From: Eledone cirrhosa | Taxonomy: Eukaryota | Direction of reading: 5' to 3' | Assembly (NCBI GenBank): GCA_964016885.1 | Contig: OZ024741.1 | Span: forward strand, 110,546,001 to 110,610,000 | DNA length: 64,000 nucleotides | Shown here: in pieces, positions 23,981 to 36,776 of the stretch | Numbering within the stretch: the first letter of the stretch is position 1 | How the letters are laid out: each line of letters opens with the position of its first letter | The notes under the pieces: model-generated | The model's input: the letters and a program-made list of their open reading frames with translations, nothing else | What the model was told of the DNA's origin: nothing | The model's database searches: none | Program-made: the position numbers and the translations under genes

Positions 23981-26900
23981 AAACTCCGAGTTGGTACCAT
24001 CAATGTAGGCTCAATGAAAGGAAGAGCAGGAGAAATCGTAGAAATGCTAGAGCGAAAGGAAGTTGATGTATGCTGTGTGCAAGAGACTAGATGGAGAGGA
24101 GGGTCTGCTAGAGTCCTTGTAGGAAAAAGCCAGTGCTACAAATTTTTCTGGGTGGGAAATGACGATGGGATGGGTGGTGTAGGTATACTATTAGCTGACA
24201 AGTGGGTAGATAAAGTAATCTCAGTGTACAGGGTAAATGCAAGAATCATTAAACTCAGACTAGTCCTGAATAAGACAATTACCACAATAATATCAGCTTA
24301 CGCACCCCAATCGGGGCTGCCAGACGAACTTAAGGATAGGTTTTACGAGTCCCTAATACACACTACTGCTCTAACAGACGACAAGGACTTCCTAATCATT
24401 GCAGGAGATTTTAACGGACACGTAGGTAAACACTGCGACGGCTTCAATAGAGTACATGGAGGCCATGGAGTTGGCACAAGGAATGAGGAAGGATTCAGAC
24501 TTCTAGAATTCTGCGACGCCAATGACATGTCGATATGTAACACAAACTTTAAAAAACCCGACAACCACCTGATCACCTATAGATCAGGGGAGCACTCTAG
24601 TCAGTTAGATTTTATTCTCATCAGAGGACGTGACAGATGGACGGTCGTAAACACAAAAGCCTTCCCTAGTGAGGAATGTACATCCCAACATAGCTTAGTT
24701 GTCAGCGACCTCACGGTCAGAACTAGACGAGCCCTGAAACAGAGGCCAACCTGGAGAAGAAAGATCTGGAAGCTGAAAGTCCCCTCAACCAGTAACAGAT
24801 TTAAAGATATTTTACTCAACGCCTACGACAGTAAAGAAGAACAGATAGAGACATTTAACGTAGAAGAGAACTGGGAGTTCCTAAAAAATAACTTACTAGA
24901 GGCGACGGATGAGGTTTGTGGCTGGAGTAAGACCTCAAGCAGGAGGAGAGTGACTTGGTGGTGGAACAATAAGGTAGATGAAGCAGTCAAGGCCAAGAGA
25001 CAGGCATGGAAAGAATGGAAGAACGGGGGGAGCAGGGTACATTACATAGAGACCAAGAGGGAAGCTAGGCGACAAGTATACTTAGCTAGGAGGGAAGCAG
25101 AGGATAGAAAATTCAAGCATGTTTTACAACGTGAGGACCAGAAACAGGAGGTATTCAAGATTGCGAGGCAGTGTGTCAGAGATAGTTGTGATGTCATTGG
25201 AGAGAAGTGTATCCGGAATGATAAAGGTGAGCTTGCCCTCACAAGTGCTGAGAAGAAAGATGCATGGAAGAGTCATTATGATAGATTACTAAATGAGGAG
25301 AATGCATGGGAAGAAGAGACCCTACCCCACGTAGACCCTATAGAGGGACCAGCAGTACAAGTCAGCGGCAGCGTAGTAAGTAAGGCAATCAGAGATATGA
25401 AGATAGGGAAGGCAACCGGTCCATCGGGTATAGCTGCCGAGATGCTGAAGGCATCTGGGTCTGTAGGTCACACTATAACCACACGTATCGTTAACCAGGT
25501 AATACTAGAGGGGGCCATACCAAAAGATTGGTGCAGTAGCATCATTGTCAACTGCTACAAAGGTAAAGGCGATGCACTAGATAGAGGAAACTATAGAGGT
25601 ATAAAGTTGATGGACCAGGTCATGAAAGTAACAGAAAGAGTTATAGCACAGCTGATTAGGGACTGGGTGAATATAGACGAGATGCAATTTGGGTTTGTTC
25701 CAGGGAAAGGCACCACTGATGCGCTCTTCCTTGTGAGGCAATTACAGGAAAAGTACCTAGCTAAAAGTAAGCCACTCTACTTGGCATTTGTCGACCTTGA
25801 GAAAGCCTTTGACAGAGTTCCACGTGCAGTAATCTGGTGGGCTCTTAGAAAACTAGGAGTAGATGAATGGCTTGTGAAAGCGGTACAAGCCATGTATAGG
25901 GGAGCAGTCAGCAAAGTTAGGATTGGCAATGAGTATAGCGAGGAATTTAGCGTACAGGTTGGGGTCCACCAGGGCTCTGTTCTTAGCCCTCTCCTGTTCA
26001 TCATAGTCCTGCAGGCAATAACGGAGGAGTTTAAGACCGGATGCCCATGGGAACTCCTGTATGCTGATGACCTCGCACTCATAGCTGAATCTATGGTAGA
26101 ACTAGAGAATAAATTCCAAACCTGGAAGCAGGGACTAGAGAGAAAGGGCCTCAAAGTCAACATGACAAAGACTAAGGTCCTTATAAGTAGACGAGAAAAC
26201 AGAACCCAGATCCCCTCAGGGAAATGGCCTTGCTCAGTATGTAGGAAAGGTGTAGGTAGGAACTCCATTCTTTGCCCCAAATGCAAACAATGGGTACACA
26301 AGAGATGTAGCGGGATCTCAGGAAGCTTAATTAAGAATGTAGGATTCACATGCAGCAGCTGTGCTGAAACAGCAAGCAAACAGCCACAGGAAACAAGTAC
26401 CACCAATCTCTGGGAGGGCCCTGTAGAAACAGTAGACAGCTTCTGCTACCTAGGTGACCGAATTAGCAACGGAGGTGGGTGCTCAGAAAGTACAATAACT
26501 AGGGTAAGAACGGGATGGAAGAAGTTTAGGGAACTACTACCACTGCTAGCTGCAAAAGGCTTCTCCCTCAGAATGAAAGGCAGACTGTATGATGCGTGTA
26601 TCCGAACAGCGATGTTGCATGGTAGTGAGACCTGGGCGCTGAAGGTGGAAGACTTACGTAGATTAGAGAGAAACGAAGCCTGCATGCTCCGATGGATGTG
26701 TAACAGTAATATACGTGAACGACAAAGCATAAATGAATTGAGAGAGAGACTGAGCATAAGAGGAATCAAATGCTGCGTGCAGGAGAGGCGGTTACGCTGG
26801 TATGGACATGTGATGCGTATGAAGGATGACAGCTGCATAAAAAGGTGCAGAGCACTAGAAGTTGATGGAAACCGCGGAGTGGGGAGACCCAAGATGACTT

Positions 26901-27328
26901 GGGATGAGGTGATAAAAGCCGACCTTACCCAACTACACCTCTCAAAGTCAATGACACACGACCGTGACTTCTGGCGTCACGCAGTAATACAGGGTACCCG
27001 ACCTCCCATGGGTACATGCTGAAGCATATAAACAATATGCCCCCCCCCCCCCCCCCCCACCGCAAGGTGGTCGTGGAGGTGCCACGGCAAAAAAGCACCC
27101 AGCCCACACTGTAAAGTGGACGTGTAGGCGCCACGAAAAAGCACCCAGCACTCACTGTAAATGAGGTTGGTGTTAGGAAGGGCATCCAGCTGTAGAAATC
27201 AAGCCAGATCAGTTCCTGTATGAGCAAGGCATGGTCAGCCGACCAGACACTGCCCACAACAGGACAACCCGTCTAACCCATGCTAGCGTGGAAGAACGGA
27301 CGTAAAACGGTGATGATGATGATGATGA
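23981..27328 (+). mobile_element. RTE-B LINE, 5' UTR missing, coding region uninterrupted
   Basis: Begins in frame at APE motif I (KLRVGTINVGS) directly after (TA)n; has a 3' UTR with stem-loop units and a (GAT)n tail. Confidence 0.97.
24014..27022 (+). CDS. RTE retrotransposon ORF: APE endonuclease, reverse transcriptase, PHD finger (1002 aa from the first Met)
   Basis: QETRW, YAPQ, GDFNGH, LDFIL, SQH (APE); [35 protein letters not shown] (RT); C4HC3 finger; RLRWYGHV and GRP C-terminus typical of RTE. Confidence 0.95.
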   Translation: MKGRAGEIVEMLERKEVDVCCVQETRWRGGSARVLVGKSQCYKFFWVGNDDGMGGVGILLADKWVDKVISVYRVNARIIKLRLVLNKTITTIISAYAPQSGLPDELKDRFYESLIHTTALTDDKDFLIIAGDFNGHVGKHCDGFNRVHGGHGVGTRNEEGFRLLEFCDANDMSICNTNFKKPDNHLITYRSGEHSSQLDFILIRGRDRWTVVNTKAFPSEECTSQHSLVVSDLTVRTRRALKQRPTWRRKIWKLKVPSTSNRFKDILLNAYDSKEEQIETFNVEENWEFLKNNLLEATDEVCGWSKTSSRRRVTWWWNNKVDEAVKAKRQAWKEWKNGGSRVHYIETKREARRQVYLARREAEDRKFKHVLQREDQKQEVFKIARQCVRDSCDVIGEKCIRNDKGELALTSAEKKDAWKSHYDRLLNEENAWEEETLPHVDPIEGPAVQVSGSVVSKAIRDMKIGKATGPSGIAAEMLKASGSVGHTITTRIVNQVILEGAIPKDWCSSIIVNCYKGKGDALDRGNYRGIKLMDQVMKVTERVIAQLIRDWVNIDEMQFGFVPGKGTTDALFLVRQLQEKYLAKSKPLYLAFVDLEKAFDRVPRAVIWWALRKLGVDEWLVKAVQAMYRGAVSKVRIGNEYSEEFSVQVGVHQGSVLSPLLFIIVLQAITEEFKTGCPWELLYADDLALIAESMVELENKFQTWKQGLERKGLKVNMTKTKVLISRRENRTQIPSGKWPCSVCRKGVGRNSILCPKCKQWVHKRCSGISGSLIKNVGFTCSSCAETASKQPQETSTTNLWEGPVETVDSFCYLGDRISNGGGCSESTITRVRTGWKKFRELLPLLAAKGFSLRMKGRLYDACIRTAMLHGSETWALKVEDLRRLERNEACMLRWMCNSNIRERQSINELRERLSIRGIKCCVQERRLRWYGHVMRMKDDSCIKRCRALEVDGNRGVGRPKMTWDEVIKADLTQLHLSKSMTHDRDFWRHAVIQGTRPPMGTC

Positions 27329-27439
27329 ATTAGGTAACAACGAATCAGTATTGCATCATATACATATTACATATGTTTCACTGACACCTCAAGGAACGAT
27401 CCATTATGTGCGTTCCTGACTCTGGAATCGGAAGCTCCT

Positions 27440-28065
27440 CAGATATGTCTCCAGGGCGGGTAAAATTCTCAAGATCCATGGACAAGTTCTCTCCAGCGGT
27501 CTCTGTCCCTCATTATCGCTGCCATGTCCTGCATCTCCAAGAGACCAGTGTCTGTCCTTAGGGCATCAGCATATGTTAACCTTGGTCTTCCTCTCCCAGT
27601 GTGTCCATTCAGGGGCTCCCACAGGAGCACTGAGTGCGGTGTCAACTCTGGATGTCGGTGAGCATGTCCAGCTAGCCTCAGTTTCCTCTGTGTCACTTTC
27701 AAGCTGACTTTTGGGAGGCTCCCGTACAGCTCTGAGTTCTTCATCCTTAGTGCATACTGATTAATGTTCAGAGCCATCCCTAGCATTCTCGTGTAGCACC
27801 CATCCACCATCTGAGTGAGTTTCTTGGTCAGTGTCCAAGTCTCAGACCCGTACAGCAGCACAGACTCCACTACAGCAATGAAGAGACGGATCTTCTGGTC
27901 TTTACAAAGGTCCGACTTCCACACCGATCTCAAGCTGTGGCACACCACCCAGGTTTTGCTCTTCCTCTCGACCACATCATCTTCCGTATTCCCAATCTTT
28001 GCCCCCAAATACAGGAAGCTCTCAACCAATTCTAGCGGCTTCCCACCTACATTAGTAATTTTCTT
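27440..28065 (-). pseudogene. Divergent RTE-clade LINE (different family), C-terminal fragment
   Basis: ORF 27469-28074: LELVESFLYLG, VLLYGSETW, LRLAGH, GRGRPRLTY, DRDRWR. Confidence 0.85.
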
Positions 28066-28587
28066 TGGCGACAAACACAGAGAAGGAGGCAGAGGATTTG
28101 ATGCAGGGGGTGGAGACTGTGTTGATGAGTGTGGGGCTGAGAATGAATGAGATTAAGATGAAGTATCTGGTAGAGAATATTAAGAAGCCAGAGAAGATAT
28201 GTGTTCTCACGTCCAAAAGTTGCTGAATTGTTAGACATGTGATTTGTTATTTTGGGTTGCCACAAGCTTTGCTAGAAGAAATGGGTCAACGTCGATTTTA
28301 TCATGCTAAATTGTGTTTGGTCATATCCCTAGGGGTAGTTGACCAAGAATACAGTATTGTTCACTGTCACTCACTCACTGGTCACGATGGTAAATTATGC
28401 TGGTCGGGTACAGATGTCGTTCATGCATGATGGCCTGACTATAAGATGTCTGTTGTTTTAGACTGATAAGTCTTAAAAGTTTATAAGAATGTAAAAGAAT
28501 AAATAAAAGAATAAAATAAAGAAATAAAGGTATACATCAGTGGATGGATAAGTAGATAGATAGTAGTATATATATATATATATATAT

Positions 28588-29320
28588 ATCATCATCATCG
28601 TTTTTACTTCAATTTTTCCATTTTTGTATGGGTTGGACAGGTCCTTCTCCCGACAGCATCTCTCCATCTCTTCTGTGTGTCTCAGCAATTTGAGGTCAGC
28701 TCTCATAACTTCTGCCCAGGTCTTTCTTGGTCTACCTCATCTGTGTCTTCCTTCCAATGGGATTTCTTGGCACTTCTTCATCCAGCAATCATTGTCCATG
28801 CACATCACATGTCCATACCAACACAGTCTTCTCTCCTGCACACCACCTCGAATTTCTCATAAACCCAGCTTCTCCCTCATCCAAGCTCTGCTTTCCTCTC
28901 ACACTTACATTGCACATGAAACAAAGCATGGCTGCTTCATTTCTCCCCAGTCTGCAGTCACTGTCCATGTTTCACTACCATGCAGCATTGCACTTTGCAC
29001 ACAGGTGTCATACAGTTGTCCTTTTGTACACAGGGAGAAACCTTGTTGTCAATAGTGGGAGCAGCTCTCTAAACTTTTTCCATCCTATACTTATTCTGGC
29101 TATTATGCTCTCAGAGCACCCTCCTCTGTTGCTAATTAAGTCACCTAGATAGCAGAAGCTATCAACCACTTCTATAGATCCTCCCTGTGATTGGAAAAGG
29201 TTTATAGCATTGGCACTCTTCCCTTCAGTTAACCTTGTGCATCTATATACAAAGTCTTTCCCTCCTGTTAGTATACCCTTTATCCTACCCTTTATCTACT
29301 GATCCATAACTGAAACACTT
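28588..29320 (-). mobile_element. Old RTE-A/B-related 3' fragment
   Basis: Reverse complement carries gcttctgctatctaggtgac, ggtgctctgagagc and tggtatggacatgtgatg; (CAT)n tail next to (TA)n. Confidence 0.8.
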
Positions 29321-29644
29321 GTCCTCGGAATCAACTGTGATCCAACAATTGTGCAACCACAAGTGTGTGGGTATACATGGCTGTGTGGTTAAGGAGTTTC
29401 CTTTACAACCACATTGTTTCAGGTTCAGTCCCACTGTGTACGAAATTGGCCAAAATGCCTTCTACTATAGCCTCTGGTTGTCCAATGTCTTGTCAATGGA
29501 TTTTTGGAGATGGAAACCATCGTAGGTTTGTATTTGTAAGTAAGAAATATAAAAATAGTAAATTATAGAACCCAACCACAGATATATCTAAATAGATATA
29601 AATATTATTTAAAAGGTTGTCATTATTATCACATTGGGACGCCG

Positions 29645-29850
29645 GGTAATTGGCAGAATTGGTAAGATGTCAGATAAAATGTCATTGCAGTATTTGTTCA
29701 AATTTCACTGAGTTCAAATTTCACTGAAGCTAACTTTGTCTTTCATTCTTTTATATTCAATAAAATACCTTCCAGTACTGAGGTCAATTTATTCAGCTTC
29801 CCCCTCTCCCCCAGAAATTACAAGCATTGTGCCTAAAGTAAAAATTATTA
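29645..29850 (+). mobile_element. MetaSINE-like SINE, tail type 1 (other copies at about 30220-30432 -, 32105-32275 +, 40372-40500 -, 44115-44335 -; tails at 17513-17605, 18543-18640, 21360-21460)
   Basis: ggcagaat...ctgagttcaaatt...aactttg.ctttcat...ccagtactg.ggtc.att...ttgtgcc.aaagta...attatta. Confidence 0.7.
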
Positions 29851-32329
29851 AGTATCAAGTCACAATAATAAAGTTAAGGATAAAAATCAAAAAATCAAAA
29901 AATAAAAATTAAAGTAATATAAGAATGAAAAATAGAAAAAAAAAATAGTTGTAAGAGGCTATCAAGGTTAAATAAATAGGACAGAGCATCAAATATATTA
30001 AATTATCACTGACCCAAGATTACAATAGGAAAGACACCTTTAAGAATTACTTCTTTCATAGGCACAAGGCCTGCAAATTTGAGGGATTTAACCCCAGAAA
30101 CATAAAAGGTATTACATTGGCATAAGGCCTGTAATTTTTAGGGATTCAATCATGGAAAGAAAAAAAAATATAGGAATAGTATAGAGAAAGCTGACTAGTA
30201 AGAACAATACTAGTAGTATAATTGTTTCTAGTTTAGGCAAAGGCCAGTAATTTGAAGGGGAGGGGAAAGTTGATTAAATTGACCCGAGTGCGTTACTGGT
30301 GCTATATTTTATCGATCCTATAAGGATGAAAGGCAAAGCTAACTTCAGCAGGATTTGAACTCAACATAAGGGGCCACAACTCTATGTCTCAAAGCATAGT
30401 GTCCGACGTTCTACCAATACTGCCAATCCGCCAAAAAGAATCGTCTATATAGTGGCATAGACCTTAAAAAAAGAATAAGATACTCGATGCATACAAGATA
30501 AAAGCACCCCATTTTTCTTAATGAATAACTTAGATACTCCTCTCCTCAAATTTATGTTTTCTGAAGAAATTATTTGAAATGGAATTTAGTATGTGTAGGG
30601 ATATGTAGAGGAAAATCACCCAGAGACATGTAAATATTACATTGTTATATTTATAGTATTAATATCTAAGTACCTCCAATTCAAATGAAAATTAATATGT
30701 GCAGGGATATGATTTAGTTTTTTCATTTGTTTTTCTTTTAAGGTTGGTTACTAGTAAATGCATTTACTTCCATATACTGGAATATTGCTAAAATGCAATC
30801 AATCTTTTAACTGTCTATATGTTTGAATTTTTTCACTTGTAGAAATATACATAATAAACTGTTATAAATTCTGTCTAAACCGTATTATTTATGCTCTGTG
30901 ACCTTACATTCATACAATATTTGGATTATTTACGCTATAGTTTACATCTCTGATGAATTAGTTCACTATATCTGCTGCTTGTAGAAATGCATTGAGCTTC
31001 AAAACTTGACATATCTCAGCCAGGTTGATCTCTCAACTACATTTATGTATGTAGTAGTTATATTCATAGTTGTATAAATAACATTACAAATATGTTTTAA
31101 ATATATACATAAATAACATTACAAAGAACATTACAAATGCGTAAATAATATTTATAAATTGCTCGCAATTCGTTCAGAAGAACATTACTAATATAATGCC
31201 ATTGATAAACACAAATATAAACACATAAAAGAGAAGAAGAAAAGAAGAGGGGAGGGATGGAATACATTTATTGAGATCTATCTCCTCTTCTATCACAGGA
31301 CTCTTGTCTTATTCTTTCATCTTGGTATTTGGTTGTTAAATTAGTCCACCTTTTCCTCTCTGTACATCTCATATTTTGTGTTTATGTTTGTCTCTATTGG
31401 TCTAACTGACCATCTTTGTCGTACATTCTTCGACTTAAATGTTGAACATTTAATTATAAACATTTTGTCCTCGCCATGTAATTTCACATAAGTTCTGCTT
31501 CATTTTCATCAAACAGTGTTTAACTATATAGTTAGATACTGTAACCCCAAATGGACCAACAATACTGTCAGTAGGGGTCAAAACTGTTTAAATTCAGTTC
31601 AACAGCTGATGACCATGAGTCCTTGCATCTGATGTCAGTTTGGCTATATATATATATGCATCTTCCCATCATATCATCTTATGTCTGCTTTTCCATGTGT
31701 GCATGGAATGGATGGGTCCCCTGTAGCACAACCTGCTTCTACTCATACTTCTTCATCATCTCCTCTGTGAGGTTCAGCATTTTGAAGTACCCACACACAC
31801 ACATATCACTCTCTATTTATGCCTTTCACCTCTCTCTGACTTCTTCTTCTAACACACCCTAAACCGAAATGAGATATCAGAATTTACTAAATATTGCACC
31901 AATTTATAAATGTGTGCAGAGTGTTGTGAATATGTGTGTAGGTGTGTGTATGTGTGTTTAGGTGTGTGTATGTATGGAATGGATGTATGCTTCACAATGA
32001 GGAGGTTCTCGGTTCAGTTCCAATGTGTGGTATCTATAACCTGATCTAGTGTATATATTGTGTGTAGAATTGTGCACTTAATCATCATTATCATTTTACA
32101 TCCAGGGCGGTGGATTGTCAGTATCGGTAGAGGGTCTGACACCATGCTTTTATGGTCTGAGTTCAATTCCCGCCGAGGTTAACTTTGCCTTTCATCCTTA
32201 CGGGGTCGATAAAATAAAGTACCAGTAATACACTGGGATAATTGCTGGCCTTGTGCCATAAGTAGAAACAATTATCATTTTAAATCCACTTTCCTTGTGT
32301 ATATCCAATGTATTGCCAATCAAAGTTTT

Positions 32330-33480
32330 AGTGAGTAGGAAATAAGACAAAATTTGGTGCTATCTGGAAAATATTCATGTTCAATATGCAAGAAAGGTGT
32401 AGATAACATTTCTATACAGTGTATGTATGTATGTACCTGCAACTTACGGTGGAGTTGTAAGGGCACCATAGTGACATAGGGCACTTCTGGGCACTTTTTA
32501 AACCTGGCAGAGACCATCACCTCTCTAGGTGTGAACACAGCAGATTTCTTCCAAAGGAGTGATAGAAAGAAGTGAAAGATATAGAGGAAGAATTGACCGG
32601 CACTTTTTTTAATGACCTCGAACAGATGAAAGGCAAAGTTGATGTTAGCTGGATTTGAACACCGAGCATATGCAGCTTGAACAAATATTATAAAGCATTC
32701 TTTCTGATATTCTAATGACTGCAAATTTGCCACCTATTCTATACAGTGTACCCAATGCACAATATGAATACACAAGATATGTTGTGGGATAGCAGGTAGG
32801 TTAGCAGAAAAAGTAGACTAATATAGGGCATTTGCACAAAGATAGTACAAAGGTAGTACAAACATCAAGGAAATAAATCTTTTTCCATTGCCAGGAAAGT
32901 ACCATAGAAGTAAATGATAAGCCTCTCCTGTCCAGGTGACCTAATTAGTAGTGGCAGAGGTTCTACTGAGAGAATAGTAACCAGAATAAGAATAGGGTGG
33001 GAGGAGGTTCAGAAGGCTACAATCTCTGTTGACACACGGATTTTTTTTTCTCTGAGTGAAGAATAGATTGTATAACTGCGCATAAAGTATGATGTTGACA
33101 TGGGCAGTGAATACAAAAGATGGGTGAAGGTTGGACAAAAACAAATCAACCATGCTCTATTCAGTGTATAATGTTTGTGTGCATGAACACTGTATCACAG
33201 AGACTAGATGAGAGAAAAATTAGGCATACAAGGTACACGGTGCATTATGCGAAAGGGAAGATTGTGCTGGTATGGACATGTGATATGTATGGATGATGAT
33301 TGTTTGGTGAATAAGTGCCAAGAGATCCCAATAGTAGGAAGCTACCAAAGAAAACCTGATTGGAAATGGTGAGTGCTGATCCCCAAATGCTCAACCTCAC
33401 AGAAGAGGTGATGAAAAAATCAGCAAGTTGAAGAAAGCTATGCAAGCATAGTAAAACAGCCATAAAAATTGATGATGTGT
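32330..33480 (+). mobile_element. Old degraded RTE fragment interrupted by a SINE
   Basis: Remnants of the PHD (tgcaagaaaggtgtag...tgtacccaatgc), ccaggtgacctaattag and tggtatggacatgtgat. Confidence 0.7.
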
Positions 33481-33729
33481 GGTGCACCTAAGAGTATATA
33501 AATGTGCACTTGATAACGTGGTTATATTTGCATATAATATAGTGTAAAAATGTGTACTTAACATGGGTGTGCAATGACAATGGTGCCCAGATAGTTATGC
33601 AGTATAGTAAAAAGTGTGAGGCGGGATAAAGATGGGGTGTAATCTACAATTTACTGTAGCACTAAGTACAGTCTGATATTGTTTATCTTTCAACACAATC
33701 ACATCCTGCCTGTGTGGGGGCGATGAGTA

Positions 33730-33761
<32 letters not shown>

Positions 33762-33791
33762 CTGTGCATATAGTAGTAATAATAATATATA

Positions 33792-33890
33792 CAGGGTGTC
33801 CCAAAAAATATATACACACTTCAACAGCATTCTAATAAATATTGCCTGTACAGGTAATCAAGGTGTGTATACATTTTTGGAGGACACCTG
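33792..33890. mobile_element. Mariner-type MITE of about 100 bp
   Basis: Inverted repeats CAGGGTGTCC.AAAAAA.TATACACAC / GTGTGTATACATTTTTGGAGGACACCTG, preceded by TA. Confidence 0.75.
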
Positions 33891-33945
<55 letters not shown>

Positions 33946-34244
33946 GTGTGTGTGTGTATGTATATATATAGTTCAAAACACCTGTTAAACAATGATGATA
34001 TACCTGTATGTGTGTATACATACATAGATGTGAGTTGTGGCCATAAGTGTTAGTAATGCTGGTTATTAGTATATTCCACATAACTCACACCTGAATCAAC
34101 TAGTGTCACTATTAATGACTGGTAAAGAAGCAGCAATATTTGGAGCATGGAGCACAGTAGAACTCTGGGCAGAATGTCATATTTAGTGACCTTTTTACAT
34201 TCTGAGTTCAAATCCTGTTGGTATGGAGTTTGCCTTTTATCTAA

Positions 34245-34505
34245 AAGTCTGCCTGTCTCAAGCTCAGAGGTTCATAAGGTCAGTGTTTATCTCAATTTCT
34301 TTGGCCTCATGTGACTGAGAGTACAAGACTCTCCCTTGGACAGGATACCAGTCCATTACAGGATTAAACCTCTAGCTACTGCTAGTACTCATCTTTGGTT
34401 GAGTATACTGGAGCAATGTGAAATGAAGTGTTTTACTCAAGAACACAACCCACAACATTTATGATGATAAGTTCTACACCCTAACCACTAGGCTACATGC
34501 CTTCA
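34245..34505 (-). mobile_element. tRNA/CORE SINE family 2 (other copies at about 39240-39490 -, 36700-37160 -, 45925-46080 +)
   Basis: Minus strand reads ggcatgtagcctagtggttaggg, then CORE, then an atggactgg.atcc.gtcca...gtactctcagtc tail. Confidence 0.7.
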
Positions 34506-36776
34506 TTGTTTTTTATTAGTACCAGTTAAAAGCTGGGATCAGCCATCAAACATTTTCTTCTCTTAAACTGTGTTGCATTGTGTCAGTTTAAAAATCTTGA
34601 CTGGGTTGTTAGAGTGATAGACAAATTGTCTGAAGATATTTGTTTGTATTTGTGTCAGCATTCACCAAAGATGGGTTGTGCTAGCTCTAGCCAATGCATC
34701 TACAGCAGGGCTCTTAAAAAACATGGCCCACAAACTACTTTTTCAACAACAACAACACCTTTGGAGTTGTTGTTGTTGAAGGGAATTTCTCTGGCAACAA
34801 CAAATATCAGTGAAGGCAAAAGTGGTCATGTATTTATTTGTGTACCTTACTGTTCTGAGTTCATATCCCACTGAGTTTGACTCTGATTTTCATGTATTCA
34901 AGGTACATAAAATCAATATCAGTTGACTACTTGGATCAAATTAATAGATTATATGTATTCTTGCATGGTCCCGTAACTCCCAAGGGAGTCATAAGGGTGC
35001 TGTATTGACATAGTGTTTCTAGGGCAATTTTAAACCTGGTGTTATCCCCTGTTCACACCTGAATACAACAAATTTGTTCCAGAGAAAGATAGAGAGTGAG
35101 AAAATGGAAATGAGAAAGAGAGATAGAGGAAGAATCAACCCTAGTACTTGACTGGTACCGTTTTTATTAACCTTGAATGGATGAAAGGCAAAGTTGACTT
35201 CAGTGGGTTTTGAACTCAGAGAACAGAGAGCCAAAGCAAATACCAAAATGCATTCTATCTGACATTCTAATGACTGCCAATTTTCCAATAGATTATATAA
35301 CCATCCCTTAACTGTTAGACCCTATACCTATGTTATAAATCATTGTCTAACAGAATGGAAACTAGGTTCAATCCTACCTCACAGCTAAATCTTTCAACTT
35401 TCTTGTCTGTGTCCTTATGAAGCATAGTCTCCACGAATAGAATCTATACTTTCATACTAAGTTTGTTATTTCCTATAGAAGCACTACTATTGCTATCTTC
35501 TATTGCTGCTGCCTTTAGAGAAATCTAAGGCCGCTCTTACTAACTTGTTGGTAGGAGTCCTAACAATGTCTGTTATGTGAAGTTCAGTTGTGTATATATA
35601 TTGTTGAGCTGATGTCAATGGTATGTATACTGGTAGTAGTCATATAGTTGAGGAGCTGATATCAGTGGTAGCTATATATATATATATATAGTGAAATTCA
35701 CGGGGAATAAAAAAAAATTGTTGTAACAAAAAATTCTTTATAATAAGATTGACATAACTCATCGAGGGGGATTGAAAAAAATGTTGTTATACTGAAAAAT
35801 TTATTATGGTATTCGTTGTAACAGAATTTTACCTATATATATATATATATATATTGTTGAATTTATACCAATGGTAGGTGTACTGGTGGGAGCTATATAT
35901 ATATATGGTTTATCTGATGTTTATGGTATGTATACTGAAAGAAGATAATTTGTCACTTGTGTAATTATGATTGTAATAATTAGCCAGAAAATATTTACTA
36001 TTTTCCTCGGTATTTATTGATGTTTAAACAGTGAAATATCTACTATTAGTGTTACTGAAAAGCCAAACAGTCTGCTAGAAATAACAGCCAAATATCCCTT
36101 AAATCATAGCCTAATGTCTTAAAAAAAGAGAGCCTGGCTAGAATGTCTGAAATAAAGATGGAATGCCTTTAATCATCAGCCTGCTCAATTAGAGCTTACC
36201 TGGGGCTAAACAACAACAACAACAACATCAATAATGTTACTGATATTTACATGTATGTGTGGAAGAAGTTAAAGCCAGAGGAAGAATGTATTGTGTTTCA
36301 CAATTCTGCTAGACACCAGATCTGAAAACAATCTAGCTCATCCTATGCAAAAACAAACAGGTATGGTATGCTGGAATCTGTTTGGTGGAATTCACCCCTT
36401 CCTAACACTTTTCTAGTTGAGTGATTCATTACTATATGTTCTTGTATGAATTTGTTGACGAGGAAACTGGGGTGGGGGGAGAAGGGGGTAGTTTTGGATA
36501 TATTCAGATAACCCCCAATGATATCTATCAAAATACCATACAGACATTTTCATTGCAGCTTCTAAATCAAATTGCTATCTCTGTTGGGTTTTTTGTTTTA
36601 GAAGATACAAACCCATCAAGCCCACATTGTTGTGGAACCACCACTATTTATAAAACTAAATAGAACTGTATGAAGATGTAGTAAAGTAAATCATAGGTCA
36701 GTTAGGCGACTGAGAATACAAGACTGCCCCCCTGTACACGATGTCAGTCCAGAATTAAACCCCCTGCTATGACTGA

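Noticed and set aside
24014-24700. Host gene of the craniofacial development protein 2-like type
   Set aside because: This common automated label reflects the RTE APE domain; the sequence is plainly part of a multicopy LINE.
25777-26892. Antisense ORFs recurring in each LINE copy
   Set aside because: Shadow frames of the RT ORF; their recurrence reflects copy identity and they carry no motifs of their own.
30945-30975. CTGATGA motifs here and at about 45693
   Set aside because: No stem II followed by GAAA.
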